A stretch of DNA of 63,563 nucleotides, the filler included, from Octopus bimaculoides (taxonomy: Eukaryota): the NCBI RefSeq assembly GCF_001194135.2. It is 5 parts of 5 records of this genome, joined end to end, with 100 filler letters (N's around TTAATTAATTAA, not from the genome) between each part and the next. Parts side by side here need not be neighbours in the genome. Positions count along the whole stretch, not along the records: positions 1 to 18,182 come from NC_069001.1; positions 18,283 to 27,903 come from NC_068989.1; 3 more parts are not named here. The stretch is one strand, 5' to 3'. Each line of letters opens with the position of its first letter. The stretch's first letter is position 1. Position numbers and translations under genes: made by a program. This document shows positions 12,344-24,656 of this stretch, one piece after another. The notes below the pieces were generated by a model. The model did no database searches, had not been told where the DNA came from, and saw nothing but the letters and a program-made list of their open reading frames with translations.

Positions 12344-13397
12344 GAGAGAGAGAGAGGGGGGGAGAGAGACGAGCATAATATATATAAAATATTTAAAACC
12401 ATTGTTAAATATGCGTGTGCGCGTTGGCGTATACATATGAGTATATATTTAAATATACTTACATAGGCATGCTTGTGTGTGTATGTGTGTGTGTGTGTGT
12501 GTGTTTGTGTATGTATATATGTGTATATATCTGTGTGAGTATATATATGCACACCCAAACGCACGCATACACACACATACATATAAATGTGTGTGCATGT
12601 ATACATGTGTGCGTGTGTTTGCGTATGTGTGTAAACTATTTCGAAATTTGGATTTCTTTTTTTCCCCATTTGAAATCTTTGCGTGCGCATGCGCCAGTGT
12701 ATGCGTCTCTCCGTACGTGTCCTCCCCATCCATGTGTACGCGCATATTAATGTTATTTCCTCAAATGTATGTGTGCATTTGTGTACGTGTTTGAACTTAC
12801 GAATTTCTACATTTTGCGCGTGTGTGTCAGTGTGTATATACTATATATTGCTATATATCTATCATGTCGTGCCGTTCTGTTTGCATTGAATAAACTTTAA
12901 GTCATTTACATGCGCAAGTACAATCTAAATACACATGCATATTATATATATATATATATATATATATNNNNNNNNNNNNNNNNNNNNNNNNNNNNNNNNN
13001 NNNNNNNNNNNNNNNNNNNNNNNNNNNNNNNNNNNNNNNNNNNNNNNNNNNNNNNNNNNNNNNNNNNNNNNNNNNNNNNNNNNNNNNNNNNNNNNNNNNN
13101 NNNNNNNNNNNNNNNNNNNNNNNNNNNNNNNNNNNNNNNNNNNNNNNNNNNNNNNNNNNNNNNNNNNNNNNNNNNNNNNNNNNNNNNNNNNNNNNNNNNN
13201 NNNNNNNNNNNNNNNNNNNNNNNNNNNNNNNNNNNNNNNNNNNNNNNNNNNNNNNNNNNNNNNNNNNNNNNNNNNNNNNNNNNNNNNNNNNNNNNNNNNN
13301 NNNNNNNNNNNNNNNNNNNNNNNNNNNNNNNNNNNNNNNNNNNNNNNNNNNNNNNNNNNNNNNNNNNNNNNNNNNNNNNNNNNNNNNNNNNNNNNNA

Positions 13398-13412
13398 GAT
13401 AGATAGATAGAC

Positions 13413-13503
<91 letters not shown>
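13398..13503 (+). repeat. (AGAT)n microsatellite
   Basis: Direct read. Confidence 0.95.
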
Positions 13504-13842
13504 CGTGTGCTTCATTATTTGACAGGTATATAGATATACCATGTATTTTCCTCCTTTTTGAGAACTCTTAGTTTAATGTGTTAGAGCCACACGATGCGTT
13601 TGTGTCATGGCGCTGTTCGTATCAGGTTTCATGTTCAATAATAGTTCATTCAGCAAGATTCTTTATAAAACAGAATAATTTCTTAAAGCATCATGCACCA
13701 TACATGTGTATGTGTGTGTATTCGTGTGTGTGTTCTCTATAAAATAAAATAATTTCTTTAAAAACATCATGCCTTGTGCTGTGCTGTTACTGCGGTTACA
13801 GCAATTACATTCCATGCAGGGGTTTGTTTGGAATTTACTGGA

Positions 13843-13913
<71 letters not shown>

Positions 13914-13933
13914 TAATACTAANNNNNNNNNNC

Positions 13934-14010
<77 letters not shown>

Positions 14011-14018
14011 TAATACTA
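13843..14018 (+). repeat. (AAT)n microsatellite (contains a 10-N gap)
   Basis: Direct read. Confidence 0.95.
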
Positions 14019-14019
14019 A

Positions 14020-14861
14020 TGCTGGAGCATCGTAGCCATATGTTGAGAGTAAGCTTTTGAGGTCTGAATACTTCACCCCTGGAAACGTGGGTGCTTCATG
14101 CATCATCCTTAAAGAACCTTTATTCAGGACTTTTGAGCATGATGGGCTACTCAACTTGAAGACAATTCTAACTGAGCCCCACTTGCAATGTCATGCGCTG
14201 TTTATATTGATGTGAGGTCATCATGTCGCGTACATATGTTTGTCATGCATGTTCCTGGTGTACCCTTATCAGACAGACAGTCATGAGGGATATATTGGGC
14301 TTCGTGTATTTGTACCCAAATGCTCTCTCTCACTCCATAATAATATCGGGGATGAGCATGGGGATGGACAAATGTGCTGGGGTCATACTGAGGAGAGGCA
14401 AATTAATCAGCACTGAAAACACTACATTCGACACAGACACGGAAATCAGAGAATTAGACCACAATCGGTCATTCAAACGTCTAAGAAAAGACGAAAGAGC
14501 TAAAACACAACACAGAAATGACAGACGAAATTAGGAGAGATTAGTACAGAGCAGTTAGATTAATATTAAACGCTGAGCTCAATGCTAAAAATAAGATAAT
14601 AGGGATAAGCACGCTAGCCATACCAGTCATAAATTACAGCTTCAATATGATAAACTGAAAGATCAGTGAATTGAGAAACTTAGATAGAAAAACCAGGAAA
14701 CTATCAATGTCATGCGCTGTTTATCTTGATATGAGCTCACCATGTCGCGCACATATGGTTGTGATGCATGTGCCTGGTGTGCCCTTTTCAGACAGGTAGT
14801 CTGGGTTTCGTATATTTTACCCCAGTGTTACGCTGCTCTCTTTCACTCAATAATAATAATA

Positions 14862-14897
<36 letters not shown>
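14020..14897 (+). mobile_element. R4/Dong-clade LINE composite: 3'UTR-like unit with AAT tail, ORF piece (14345-14705), second 3'UTR-like unit with (AAT)(GAT)n tail
   Basis: The ORF piece reads GMSMGMDKCAGVILRRGKLI..LILNAELNAKNKIIGISTLAIPVINYSF..LRNLDRKTRKL, typical of the post-RT region of R2/R4-type elements. The unit caatgtcatgcgctgtttat..cagacag..ctctcactc-aataat occurs at about 14186-14346 and 14705-14860. Confidence 0.75.
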
Positions 14898-14909
14898 TGT
14901 GGAGAATGA

Positions 14910-15050
14910 TAGTTGATCACATCGACCCCAGTACTTGACTGGTACTTAATTTATCGAACTCAAAAGGATGACAGGCAAAGTCGACCTCGGTGGAATCTGA
15001 ACTCAGGATGTGCAGACGGACGAAATGCCGCTAACTATTTTGTCCGGCAT
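14910..15050 (-). mobile_element. SINE family B, partial
   Basis: atcgaccccagtacttgactggtacttaatttatcg..ggcaaagtcgacctcggtggaatctgaactcag..gaaatgccgctaa. Confidence 0.8.
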
Positions 15051-15059
15051 CTACTTACT

Positions 15060-16500
15060 GTGACGATGTTGGATTTGTGGCAATGTTGGATTTGTATCCC
15101 ATACAGACGATGTATTTCTAGAAGTCTGACATTGCTGAAAAAGATTTTCAGGACATCCAAATTTTCCAAAATCTGTGAGTGGAGAACACTGTCAAACGCT
15201 TTTTTTAATCAACTCAAGCAATATTCAAACTTAAATGTTTTCATGGCGTGTACAGTTTATTAGAAGTTGGTCTTTACATCCGTGAGACTCACAACGTCAA
15301 CCTTTCTGATAATTTCCGTCCATAAATTCCTCGGTTGTCTCAGTCAAAATTGAGGCGAGAATTTTGTCTGATGGGGAGAGGCAGGAGATGGGACGATAAT
15401 ATTTTGGAATATTTGTTTCTGTTGATTTTGGCAAGAAATATGCTATACTTTGTGAAAACCAAACCAGGAGTTTTTTCAGGGTTGTAAATAATTTCGTTAT
15501 AACATCTTAGCAGCATGTCATGGGTAGCTATTAGAGAAGATAACCAGAAGTTTGGCACTTCGTCAATGCAAGGAGATTTCCATTTGTTGGCTTTGTTTGG
15601 TACTAACTCAAGTTCTTCCAAAGTTGTGTCTTGCCAAGTCTGTCTTTCTTAAGTATTGAATATTTCTTCCATGTTCTTTATCCATTCCGCATTCTTATTA
15701 TGGGATATTTCTGTACTCCATACTATCTTCTAAAATTCTTCAACCACTTAAATTGAAGGAGGTCGCTTTATATGAATTGTCTGTGTCGCAATTACCTTGT
15801 AAAACCTTTTGTGTCCGACAAACACCGTATATTTTGCCGGTAAAATCCGTTTCATTTTTCGAATCTTCTGATTCTTTCAGCTGTCGTCTGTACTTTCTGT
15901 TTCAGGATCTCTTTGGTTGAAGGAGTATCATATACTGAAGTTAGATTGTATTTTTGAATTACCTTCCGTCCTTTTCTTAACTTGATAGATTTTCTAGCAT
16001 ATATTTCATCCAAGATCGACATTTCTCCTCCTCATCATTTCAATTTCTTTCTCAATTTTTAACTTCCGGGGTGGGACTTTTTTTCTGTGGTTATTCTAGC
16101 CTTTTCGCCTTTTCCTTGACACACATTTCCTTTCGGATACCGTCGCTGCTGCATATATGACCTCATCCAATTCCGATACATCAACTTCCATCTCTTCAAT
16201 TATTTCCAATTCCTATATGTCTTTTGTTCTGGTTTTTGTTTGTCAGTTTTTCCAATGACTCTCATTCACTCATCATAGTAATGTTTGTTTCTTTTGTTTG
16301 TTTATTTTTGTTCTTTTTCTTTTCACTTTTTCAAGTTCATTGAGAATTTCTTGTTTTGTTTGTTCTATCCGGTCTCACGATTAAAAGACTCCTCATCCAT
16401 ATTCTTAATCTGACTTTCAGCTTGAACCTGTTCTAACGTTATTCTGATACTTCCAGATATTTTGCAAAATTTCTTCCGGTGACAACTTGGTCACTAAGCT
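15060..16500 (-). mobile_element. R4/Dong-clade LINE, degenerate N-terminal half to start of RT
   Basis: Minus-strand translation with stops and frameshifts gives KWKSPCIDEVPNFWLSSL..KILASILTE..QKG*RCESHGCKDQLLIN..KKAFDSVLH. The 5' end abuts an AAT tract. Confidence 0.85.
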
Positions 16501-16557
16501 TTGTGGGGCTTTTTTCTATCACATTCATTTTCATCCCTTCCTGAATCTGTAGTTTCT

Positions 16558-16615
16558 ATTATTATCATTATCATCATCATCATTATTATTATTATTATTA
16601 TTATTATCATCATCA

Positions 16616-16680
<65 letters not shown>
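16558..16680 (+). repeat. (ATT/ATC)n microsatellite
   Basis: Direct read. Confidence 0.95.
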
Positions 16681-16696
16681 GCCTTTGCACAGCTTT

Positions 16697-16740
16697 TGAC
16701 ACCTGATGAAGGCTGGATGGTATGTCGAAACATTGTTAAC
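16697..16740 (+). ncRNA. Decayed minimal hammerhead-ribozyme motif (Penelope-type terminal repeat)
   Basis: gacac-CTGATGA-a-ggc(tggatggtat)gtc-GAAA-cattgtt. Both core segments are present; stems I and III are imperfect. Confidence 0.4.
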
Positions 16741-16889
16741 AGCAAACAAGATGAGGACAAATATCCGTCAAATGTAAATAATGTAAACAATGTGCATTCA
16801 TTTGTTTTAGAATTTGTTTACAAGTTTTCAGCTGTTATTTTCGTGCCTTGCCAGTGTATTCCCTTAGGATATCCGTATAACTATTACTA

Positions 16890-17138
16890 ATGTTTCCGTT
16901 GGTCACAACGACGAGTGTTCCAGTTGATTCCGATCAACGGAACAGCTTGCAACTGAAACTGAGCATTCCACATACCCTCGTGCCCTTAACGTAGCTCTCT
17001 GGAAGATTCAGCGGGTAGAAACACGGGTAGAACTAATTTTTTTTTCCAGCTGGGTGAACTGGAGCAGCGTGAATCAAACATGTCTTACTCTAAGACACAA
17101 CGCGCCGCAGAATACCCCAGCCACGAAGCCATGCGCCC
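16890..17138 (-). mobile_element. SINE family C (Meta/V-domain-like middle, shared tail)
   Basis: Plus strand shows ttccagttgattccgatcaacggaacagc..cccttaacgtag..gattcagcg, then ccagctgggtgaactggagcagcgtgaa..agacacaacgcg. The tail is shared with 60790-60985 and the middle with about 31450-31520. Confidence 0.65.
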
Positions 17139-17606
17139 GAATGTTATCACTAACAATATCAGATAGAACTGGTATCAACATTGGTGTTTAACGAAAGGAC
17201 AGTGTCTCTCAAAACCAAATAGGAAGTATATCCGAATCAGAGATAACACGATTCTATATTATAGGTTTAGTTATGTGTGCATGGGTGTGTGACAGTGAGA
17301 TGTTTCATATCCATATCGATAAAAACATCGTTTTGTATTCAGTGAATTTTGTGATACTTGACGATACTGTAATAGTTCTAGCAATATATTACCAAGGGGC
17401 CTGGCTTGCTTCTCCGCTTCACTGATCATTAGCTCTATATTCTTCACATGTGAGTAAATTTCTTCTATGCCTTGTCCATCCTCCTCACAGTTGACTACTC
17501 CAAGCTTCCACTGTCTCACATGATACGTATACACGTAGTATAAACACACACACACACACACATATTTATATATAGACACACGTATAAGCATATATGTACG
17601 CGTATG

Positions 17607-17654
<48 letters not shown>

Positions 17655-17727
17655 TACATACATGCATACATATCACGATATATAAATATATGTACGTATA
17701 TATACATTGATTCACGAACGCAGACAC

Positions 17728-17768
<41 letters not shown>

Positions 17769-17938
17769 CACTTATGCGCGCGTGGGTGTGTGTATGTGTC
17801 TGTGTGAATGTTTGTGTATGTTTATGTGTGGGTGTGTGTGTTTTGTGTGTAAACTCTCTCTCTCTCTGTCTCTCTTCCTCTCTCTCTCTGTCTCTCTTCC
17901 TCTCTCTTTCTCTCTCTCTTCCTCTCTTTCTCTCTCTC

Positions 17939-17974
<36 letters not shown>

Positions 17975-18182
17975 ACTGCTGGATAACTCGTCTAATAAAT
18001 TGTATATTTCAGGCAAGCAATAATTCTGCGCTGATTCACAGCCTGAGCAGTAGAAGGCTTTTTTAGTTAGACATTCTTTAGGAGAAAGAAGTAATAAATC
18101 ATAACAAACTCATATCTATACATACAGACACACACATATACATGTGTGTGTGTGTGTGCTTATACACACACACACACACACA

Positions 18183-18282
18183 NNNNNNNNNNNNNNNNNN
18201 NNNNNNNNNNNNNNNNNNNNNNNNNNTTAATTAATTAANNNNNNNNNNNNNNNNNNNNNNNNNNNNNNNNNNNNNNNNNNNN
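18183..18282. other. Artificial assembly spacer: 44 N + TTAATTAATTAA + 44 N
   Basis: Exactly 100 bp with a palindromic 12-mer that places TAA in all six frames. Identical at four sites. Confidence 0.95.
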
Positions 18283-18562
18283 ATATATATATATATATAT
18301 ATATAAATATATATATGTATGTATATATGTTTGTGTTAATGTAAGTGTTTTGTGTATGTCTTCATATTTGTTTGCGCGTGTATATATAAGCACGTACACA
18401 TACATACGCATAAGTTATTTTGTTATATATTCAATGATATAGACGAATAATACAACACTAACACTTGTAACATCGCTCCGTCATTTTTGAATGCAACGCT
18501 CCCTGTAAACAATATAGTTGTACTGTGTATGAATGCATCTACTCTCTCTCTCCCTCTCCCTG

Positions 18563-18594
<32 letters not shown>

Positions 18595-19479
18595 ACACTC
18601 ACACACAAATATATTTGAATTTATACAACATTTCGTTCATGCGTACACATACGCACAAAACGTGCTGAAAAGGAATGAAAGAGAACTAGATTATCTTTAG
18701 AACTATTATCATTTTTTGATACGGTCTTAGACTTTGTCCTGCTATTACTTCATTCTCACCGTATAATTACATGATATTTTTATATAGGAAATCTGGATTA
18801 TAAATAACAATCATAAAACTGTATTTCCTCTTCACAACAGATCAATTATCTTTATACGATGAGATGTGTATCACTAACGTAATTTGACATTTGCAGAGTC
18901 TCCTAATTGGTGGATTTTTATTATAGAGTATGAAATGTATTTGTAAATGTGCATAGAGTTTAAGAACAATATCATTTTTATTCACATAAACGTTATAATT
19001 AAATGCAAATTAAGGTAAATGAGTCTTATGTTATACAATACAATATTGCAATCTAATGTAGACTTAAATAGAAACGGAGCACCATTATTAACATTTAAAG
19101 GCTTGTTTGAATCAAACTTAAATGACCTGTGATGATAAACTTTGGTACTCTTAAAACAATTATACTCTAATGAATAACATTCCAAAACGATGTAAAAACA
19201 ACACGATTTATATGAGTTGAAACTATTGTGATCTCGGTATAGAATTAACGCAGCTATAACCCAACTCTATAAAACTCCTAGGACAGTTAATGGAACTGAA
19301 ATTGGTGGAAAACATCAGGATGTGTATGATTTGTGAAATATCAGTTATTCGTCGGAAATAGCCGAAACTGAAACTGTTATTATTTCAATATAATAATAGG
19401 TACAAAGTTTGGTTGGATGGTTGGTCGGTTGATTCCAACAGTCACGTTTTATATCGTATAGGGTTGTGATGAAAGAGAA

Positions 19480-19555
<76 letters not shown>

Positions 19556-19612
19556 NNNNNNNNNNTAGAGAGAGGGTGAATGTGTAGGAGAAAGAGACAG
19601 AGAATGAATGAG

Positions 19613-19651
<39 letters not shown>

Positions 19652-19822
19652 CAGAGAGAGAAGGGGAGAGAAATTAAAGGAGAGGTGCCGATAGAGTGAA
19701 CATAAGACCAGCAGAATGAATGCACATACAAGACTTAGTAACAGCGATGAGTAAAGGAACGTTGCAGACACATATATATATAGTGATAGAAATAACTGAG
19801 TAGGGGGAAGAGGGTATTTCTA

Positions 19823-20698
19823 TATAAGGTGTTATTAAAACGTTCCTGACTAGTTTTGTAACGCGGCAGCGGATGGCAACACACATTTGCATGTACAGTG
19901 AGATCTAGCAGTGACCTTCATCAAACAGTGTGCCGAGTGACATTGCAGTTTTTACTTTGGAAGTTGTGAAATTTGTGTTTTTGTGATCCCATGTATGCTG
20001 TACTCAGAGATTTTGTCATGAAAAAAAAACAAAGAGTGAACATAAAATTTTGCTTTAAAATTATGAAGTCTGCTACAGAGATACTGCGCATACTTCGACA
20101 AGTTTACGGTGACGAGGCAATGGGTTGTACGTAATGGTTCGAGTAGCACGGTTTACTTCAAAAGTGGAAGAACGTCCCTGAAAGACGATGAGTGATCTGT
20201 ATGATCTGCCATGAGCTTCACCTCCTGATGTGTGGTATTGTGCATCGGGAATTCGTCCCGTCAGTTGAAAGTTCTACTGCGATGTTCGAGGGAGGACATT
20301 CGGCGAAAGCAATCGGAACTGTGGAGCGCGAATAACTGGATTCTTCACGATGACAATGCACCCTGTCACTAAGTTTTCCTCACTCATGAGTTTTTCGCTA
20401 AAAGTAACATGTTATTGCTTTCGCACACGCCCTATTCGCCAGATTTAGCAGTTGAAAACGCAGTTCAAAAGTCGATGTTTTAATACCCTTGTCGAGAACC
20501 AGAGCGAATCGCAGAAGGTTCTCTATTTGATTGCAGAAAACGACTTCCAGTCCGGATTACAAAAGTAGCAGGCACACTGAAACCGATATACGGTTGCGCA
20601 AGGTTACTATTTCGAAGGAAATGATTTAAATTTTACGTAAATTAGTTATTTTGTCATTAAACATAACTAGTTTGGGCACCTCTTGATACCACCTCGTA
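19823..20698 (+). mobile_element. Internally deleted mariner (irritans-like), TIR-bounded
   Basis: Left end tataaggtgttattaaaacgttcctgactagttttgt matches the reverse complement of the right end, tacgaggtggtatcaagaggtgcccaaactagttatgt. Transposase remnants RVNIKFCFKIMKSATE..FKSGRTSLKDDE and WILHDDNAPCH..HTPYSPDLA. Confidence 0.85.
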
Positions 20699-21338
20699 TT
20701 AGCTAGGGAGAGAGTAAGAGAAAGAGAGAGAGAGAGAAAGAGAAAACAGAGATAGAAAGAAGATAAGTGTATATGAAGTTACATCATATTACTTCAACAC
20801 CAAGAGTAAATTTGTTCCCAGTTAATTTTTTCATTTTGAATATTGTTTTATGTAATTCTATATTAAAATAACGAATACATTTCTTTTGAAAATTTGTAAG
20901 CATGAAGAAAATGTGTTATAAGTTAAATTATAATTATTTTATATATAGTCTCATTCCTGACAATTACTAATTCTAGCAAAAATATACCTTCAAAGTAAAC
21001 CGACATATGACGGGCAGCACTCCAGTATTGATTATAGCCAATAAAAGCATTTAAAGTAAAGGAAAATCTATTTATTGATATAATTCTAAATACTTTTCGA
21101 TAGGGTTTAAATATAGAAAGTATACACTTTGAGCCTACGAAGTTAATTAATGATTACAGAAAAGACATATTTCTCAGATTCACGAATAGGTATCTGTAGT
21201 AGTTTATTCATAGGAATGTTAGTAAGCTATTACTTGACAAGAGCTGCAGAACATTTATATGTCCATTGTAATAAATGCTGCTCTTTCATATATATTTAAT
21301 ATTTTACAATCTCAATATCTAATCTAATTTGATATATG

Positions 21339-21379
<41 letters not shown>

Positions 21380-21759
21380 GAGTGTGCGTGTGTGTGTGTA
21401 TAACCATTTGGTTGCCAGCTGTATAATAGTTGACAAATGAGAATGCTATATCCACCGAGTTACTTTATGCCTATCTAGAATACGTGGGTGGTTTAATTGT
21501 AACACTAACATTCCTATGTTGTTTAATTTCACATTGCAAATATGTATGATGTAGAACTGTGTCAGTTGGGATTCAGTATCACGTGTGGAAATATTTAACT
21601 GACTCTTCAAGTTGAATAATGGGATTTGCTGAAATAAATCACGATTCCTTTCGTAAAATATATTAACTTCTAACACAAGAACTATCTATCATTTCTCAAT
21701 TGCTTATTGAAATAAATTAAACACGAAATTGAAAGCGAGCATATGAAATTCTTGAGAAT

Positions 21760-23700
21760 TAAAAATGCGGAGGAAATAAATTACCTTCTTACAATATCAC
21801 CTATCGGGAGATGTCAAGAATACTTATATTTATAAGCGTACTACAAGTTTGCAAAAGCATCTGACTCAGTGCACTATAATATAGAGCCACTCTGTGAAGA
21901 TGACTCAATAAATGTAGACGCTAGGAGGACAAATGAAGTACCAAATAAACAATTCATAAGTGTCTTCACCTCTTCACTGGGAAATATGCGAGTAAACAAG
22001 CCTGATGAGTTCTTTAACAATGCAGAACAACATGGAAAAGTGTTAATTATCAGTTGCATCGATATAAAGGAGGGAGGTGTGATATTGGTCACTTACGAAA
22101 AGAACTCGAACACAGAAACGGGCCCAAATAGATTTCCGGATGAAAAAGGTTGATAAACCACTCCACACACTATTTCAAAATCCCCTTGCATGCGGTAATC
22201 TCCCCATAGCGTTAAAGAAAGATATAGCAAGCCCTGCCAATAGACGAAGAAGTAGGGCAAATGCTAAAATTTACAGGCCTGTCTCTCTGACCTCACATGG
22301 TGGAATGGTCAAGGACCTCCTTGTCAAAAAGATCACCTTCCCGGAAGAAAATAGCTTGCTCACAAACAGGTAACGTGGTTTTCGCCCAAAGAAGAGCTGC
22401 TTCACACGGCTACTACTGCATTCTGACTGGGCACGGAAAGAACAGCTCAACCACACAAATGTGGATGCGAAATATCTCGACCGTATTAAGGCCTTAGACA
22501 AAGTTGATCATGGGATGATATATTACAAACTGCGTGGCCTGGAAATTATAAGAGTGGCAGCATGATTTTTTTAAAAGCCAGAAGCCAGAGTTTCAGCTCA
22601 TGTTGCTATCTCTGGGAAGATATCAACTTTCAGTGGAGTCACTCAGAGACCACTGGGACCACTTTTGTTCGTGGTGATTCTTTCACAAATGCTGTCAGCC
22701 ATCAAACCAGTCTCTCTCACATGCCACACTGACGGTTGTCACAGGTGTTCAAGGAGTTAGATGACATTCTTAAACTGCAGAAAGACTTTAATGCAATGCA
22801 TAAGGGGGCTGATAAAATTAAAATTCTGTTTAATACTGAAGAGTTTCAAGCACTTCATTAGAAGCCCACAAACAGATTACTACCGGAATACAATGAAGAA
22901 GGGGTAGCACAATTCTTGAGTCAGAATTGGTGTCTGACCTGAGAATCCACATAGGTAATGATGCAACATTTTGTGAACATATTACCAAGACGGCATCACT
23001 GTGCAGCCGAGTGGCTATCTCTAGTTTGCGATAATTCAGAACCAGGAAAAAGAGTACCATGCTACTTCTCTGTAGAATAGTTGTTTCCAGTCGTCTGGAT
23101 TACTAATCCAAATTGTGGTCACGGGGAACTGAAGATAATCCAGCGCCAATTCCCAAAGGAGATTCACTCTGTGAAACAGATGAGATATTAGGAGAGGTTG
23201 AAGGTAATAACTAGAGAAAATATACGAAAGATATGCAGTGATACATTTACAAACGATTCTGGAAGTTCTAGTTCCCAAATTTAGAACTGAAAAGTATACG
23301 AACCACCGAGCTGGCCGGCACTGTATATAATCAAAGTTCTTGTCTTTTCCATATGGAGTAAGGACCCTGTACTGTAACAGTTTGGGTTTCAATGGTTCTC
23401 AATTACTGAACATTCTGCCGAACAATCTCAGAGATTTGAGAGTAGATGTGTAGGTCTTCGAAGCACGTCTGACATATCAGATGAACACGCATCAAGCATG
23501 AGGCACAAACAAGAACAGGTCCGTCCAATTCGCTACAACACCAGAAACGATTCATGGAGCAGTTATAATACGTACCTTTAACATTCATACCATTAAGAAT
23601 CACCCTGCTATCAACAGAAGTTTCGGAAGAAATGATATCTGAATGAAAAGGAGTATAGACAAATATTACTTATTGTTCGATGCGAAAACTTAATTGCTGC
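21760..23700 (+). mobile_element. CR1-clade LINE ORF2 (RT and C-terminus), degenerate
   Basis: AKIYRPVSLTSH, RGFRPKKSCFT, KALDKVDHG, VSGVTQ..LGPLLF, LQKDFN..LFNTEEFQAL and a C-terminal ..DKYL-like stretch, broken by many stops and frameshifts. Confidence 0.85.
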
Positions 23701-24656
23701 AGTTGATATATACCCAAAGAAACTTATCATTGGTAGAATTTAGGCAATAAGCCCAGAGATAAAATATATAGGAGACACAGAACAACAAAGTGAGTGAACG
23801 AATTAGTTGCTTCCGCTTAGAAATCGAATCAGACCAACTAAGTGGGGATTAACATTTCGTCACGTCTGAGGACAATGCTTTTCCCATAACGAAATTTTCT
23901 ATAAATACTCTTTTTACCGAAGCGTTGACGGAGAAGAGGCAATTGCCTGAGTACTTTTCTCCGAGAAATTGCACTGCCTCTCTTCGAATGATCAGGTTTT
24001 GGAACCACTGCCGAGGCTTTAGACCTTCGACCAAGAAAAATTTAGATATATTTTATTGAATGCAAAGTAGTCAGCGATAATCAGATAGATAATAAATTCT
24101 ACACAACTGAATTACTTAACTTATTTATTACATCCAGAATGCCACCACACAGACTGAATCTAAATATATGATCAGTTGTAATGCAATTACGTAATATATC
24201 AATTCAGCAGAGAGCTTGTAATGGAATGAAACTACAAGTCGTTAACTTACATCAGAATTATATAGTAACCTTGTTAACAAGTGATACTTTTCCAGGTAGT
24301 CGAACAGTAATGCTTACAGTTAAACTAGCTCCGAGTGATTAAAATTTACCTGTATATTACTAAGAACTATCTCCTAATAAATCAGCTTATTCAGTAACAA
24401 TTACTAAAGCGTGGGGTTAAAGATTTAATGGAATAAGGAATTTACGTCACAGTGAATATTTAGTCAGTAATGCGAATTATTTTCTTAGGTATAGAAAATT
24501 GACGTGATTAGTTGAGTTAAAATTAATAGGTGACGAAAACAAATAGGAAAAATTATAATCTCTAAAAGTTAATCATAATAATTCGTGATTATGAAAATTA
24601 TCCAAAAAATGATATAATGATTCAAACAACACAATAATGAAATAATTATAGTAAAA

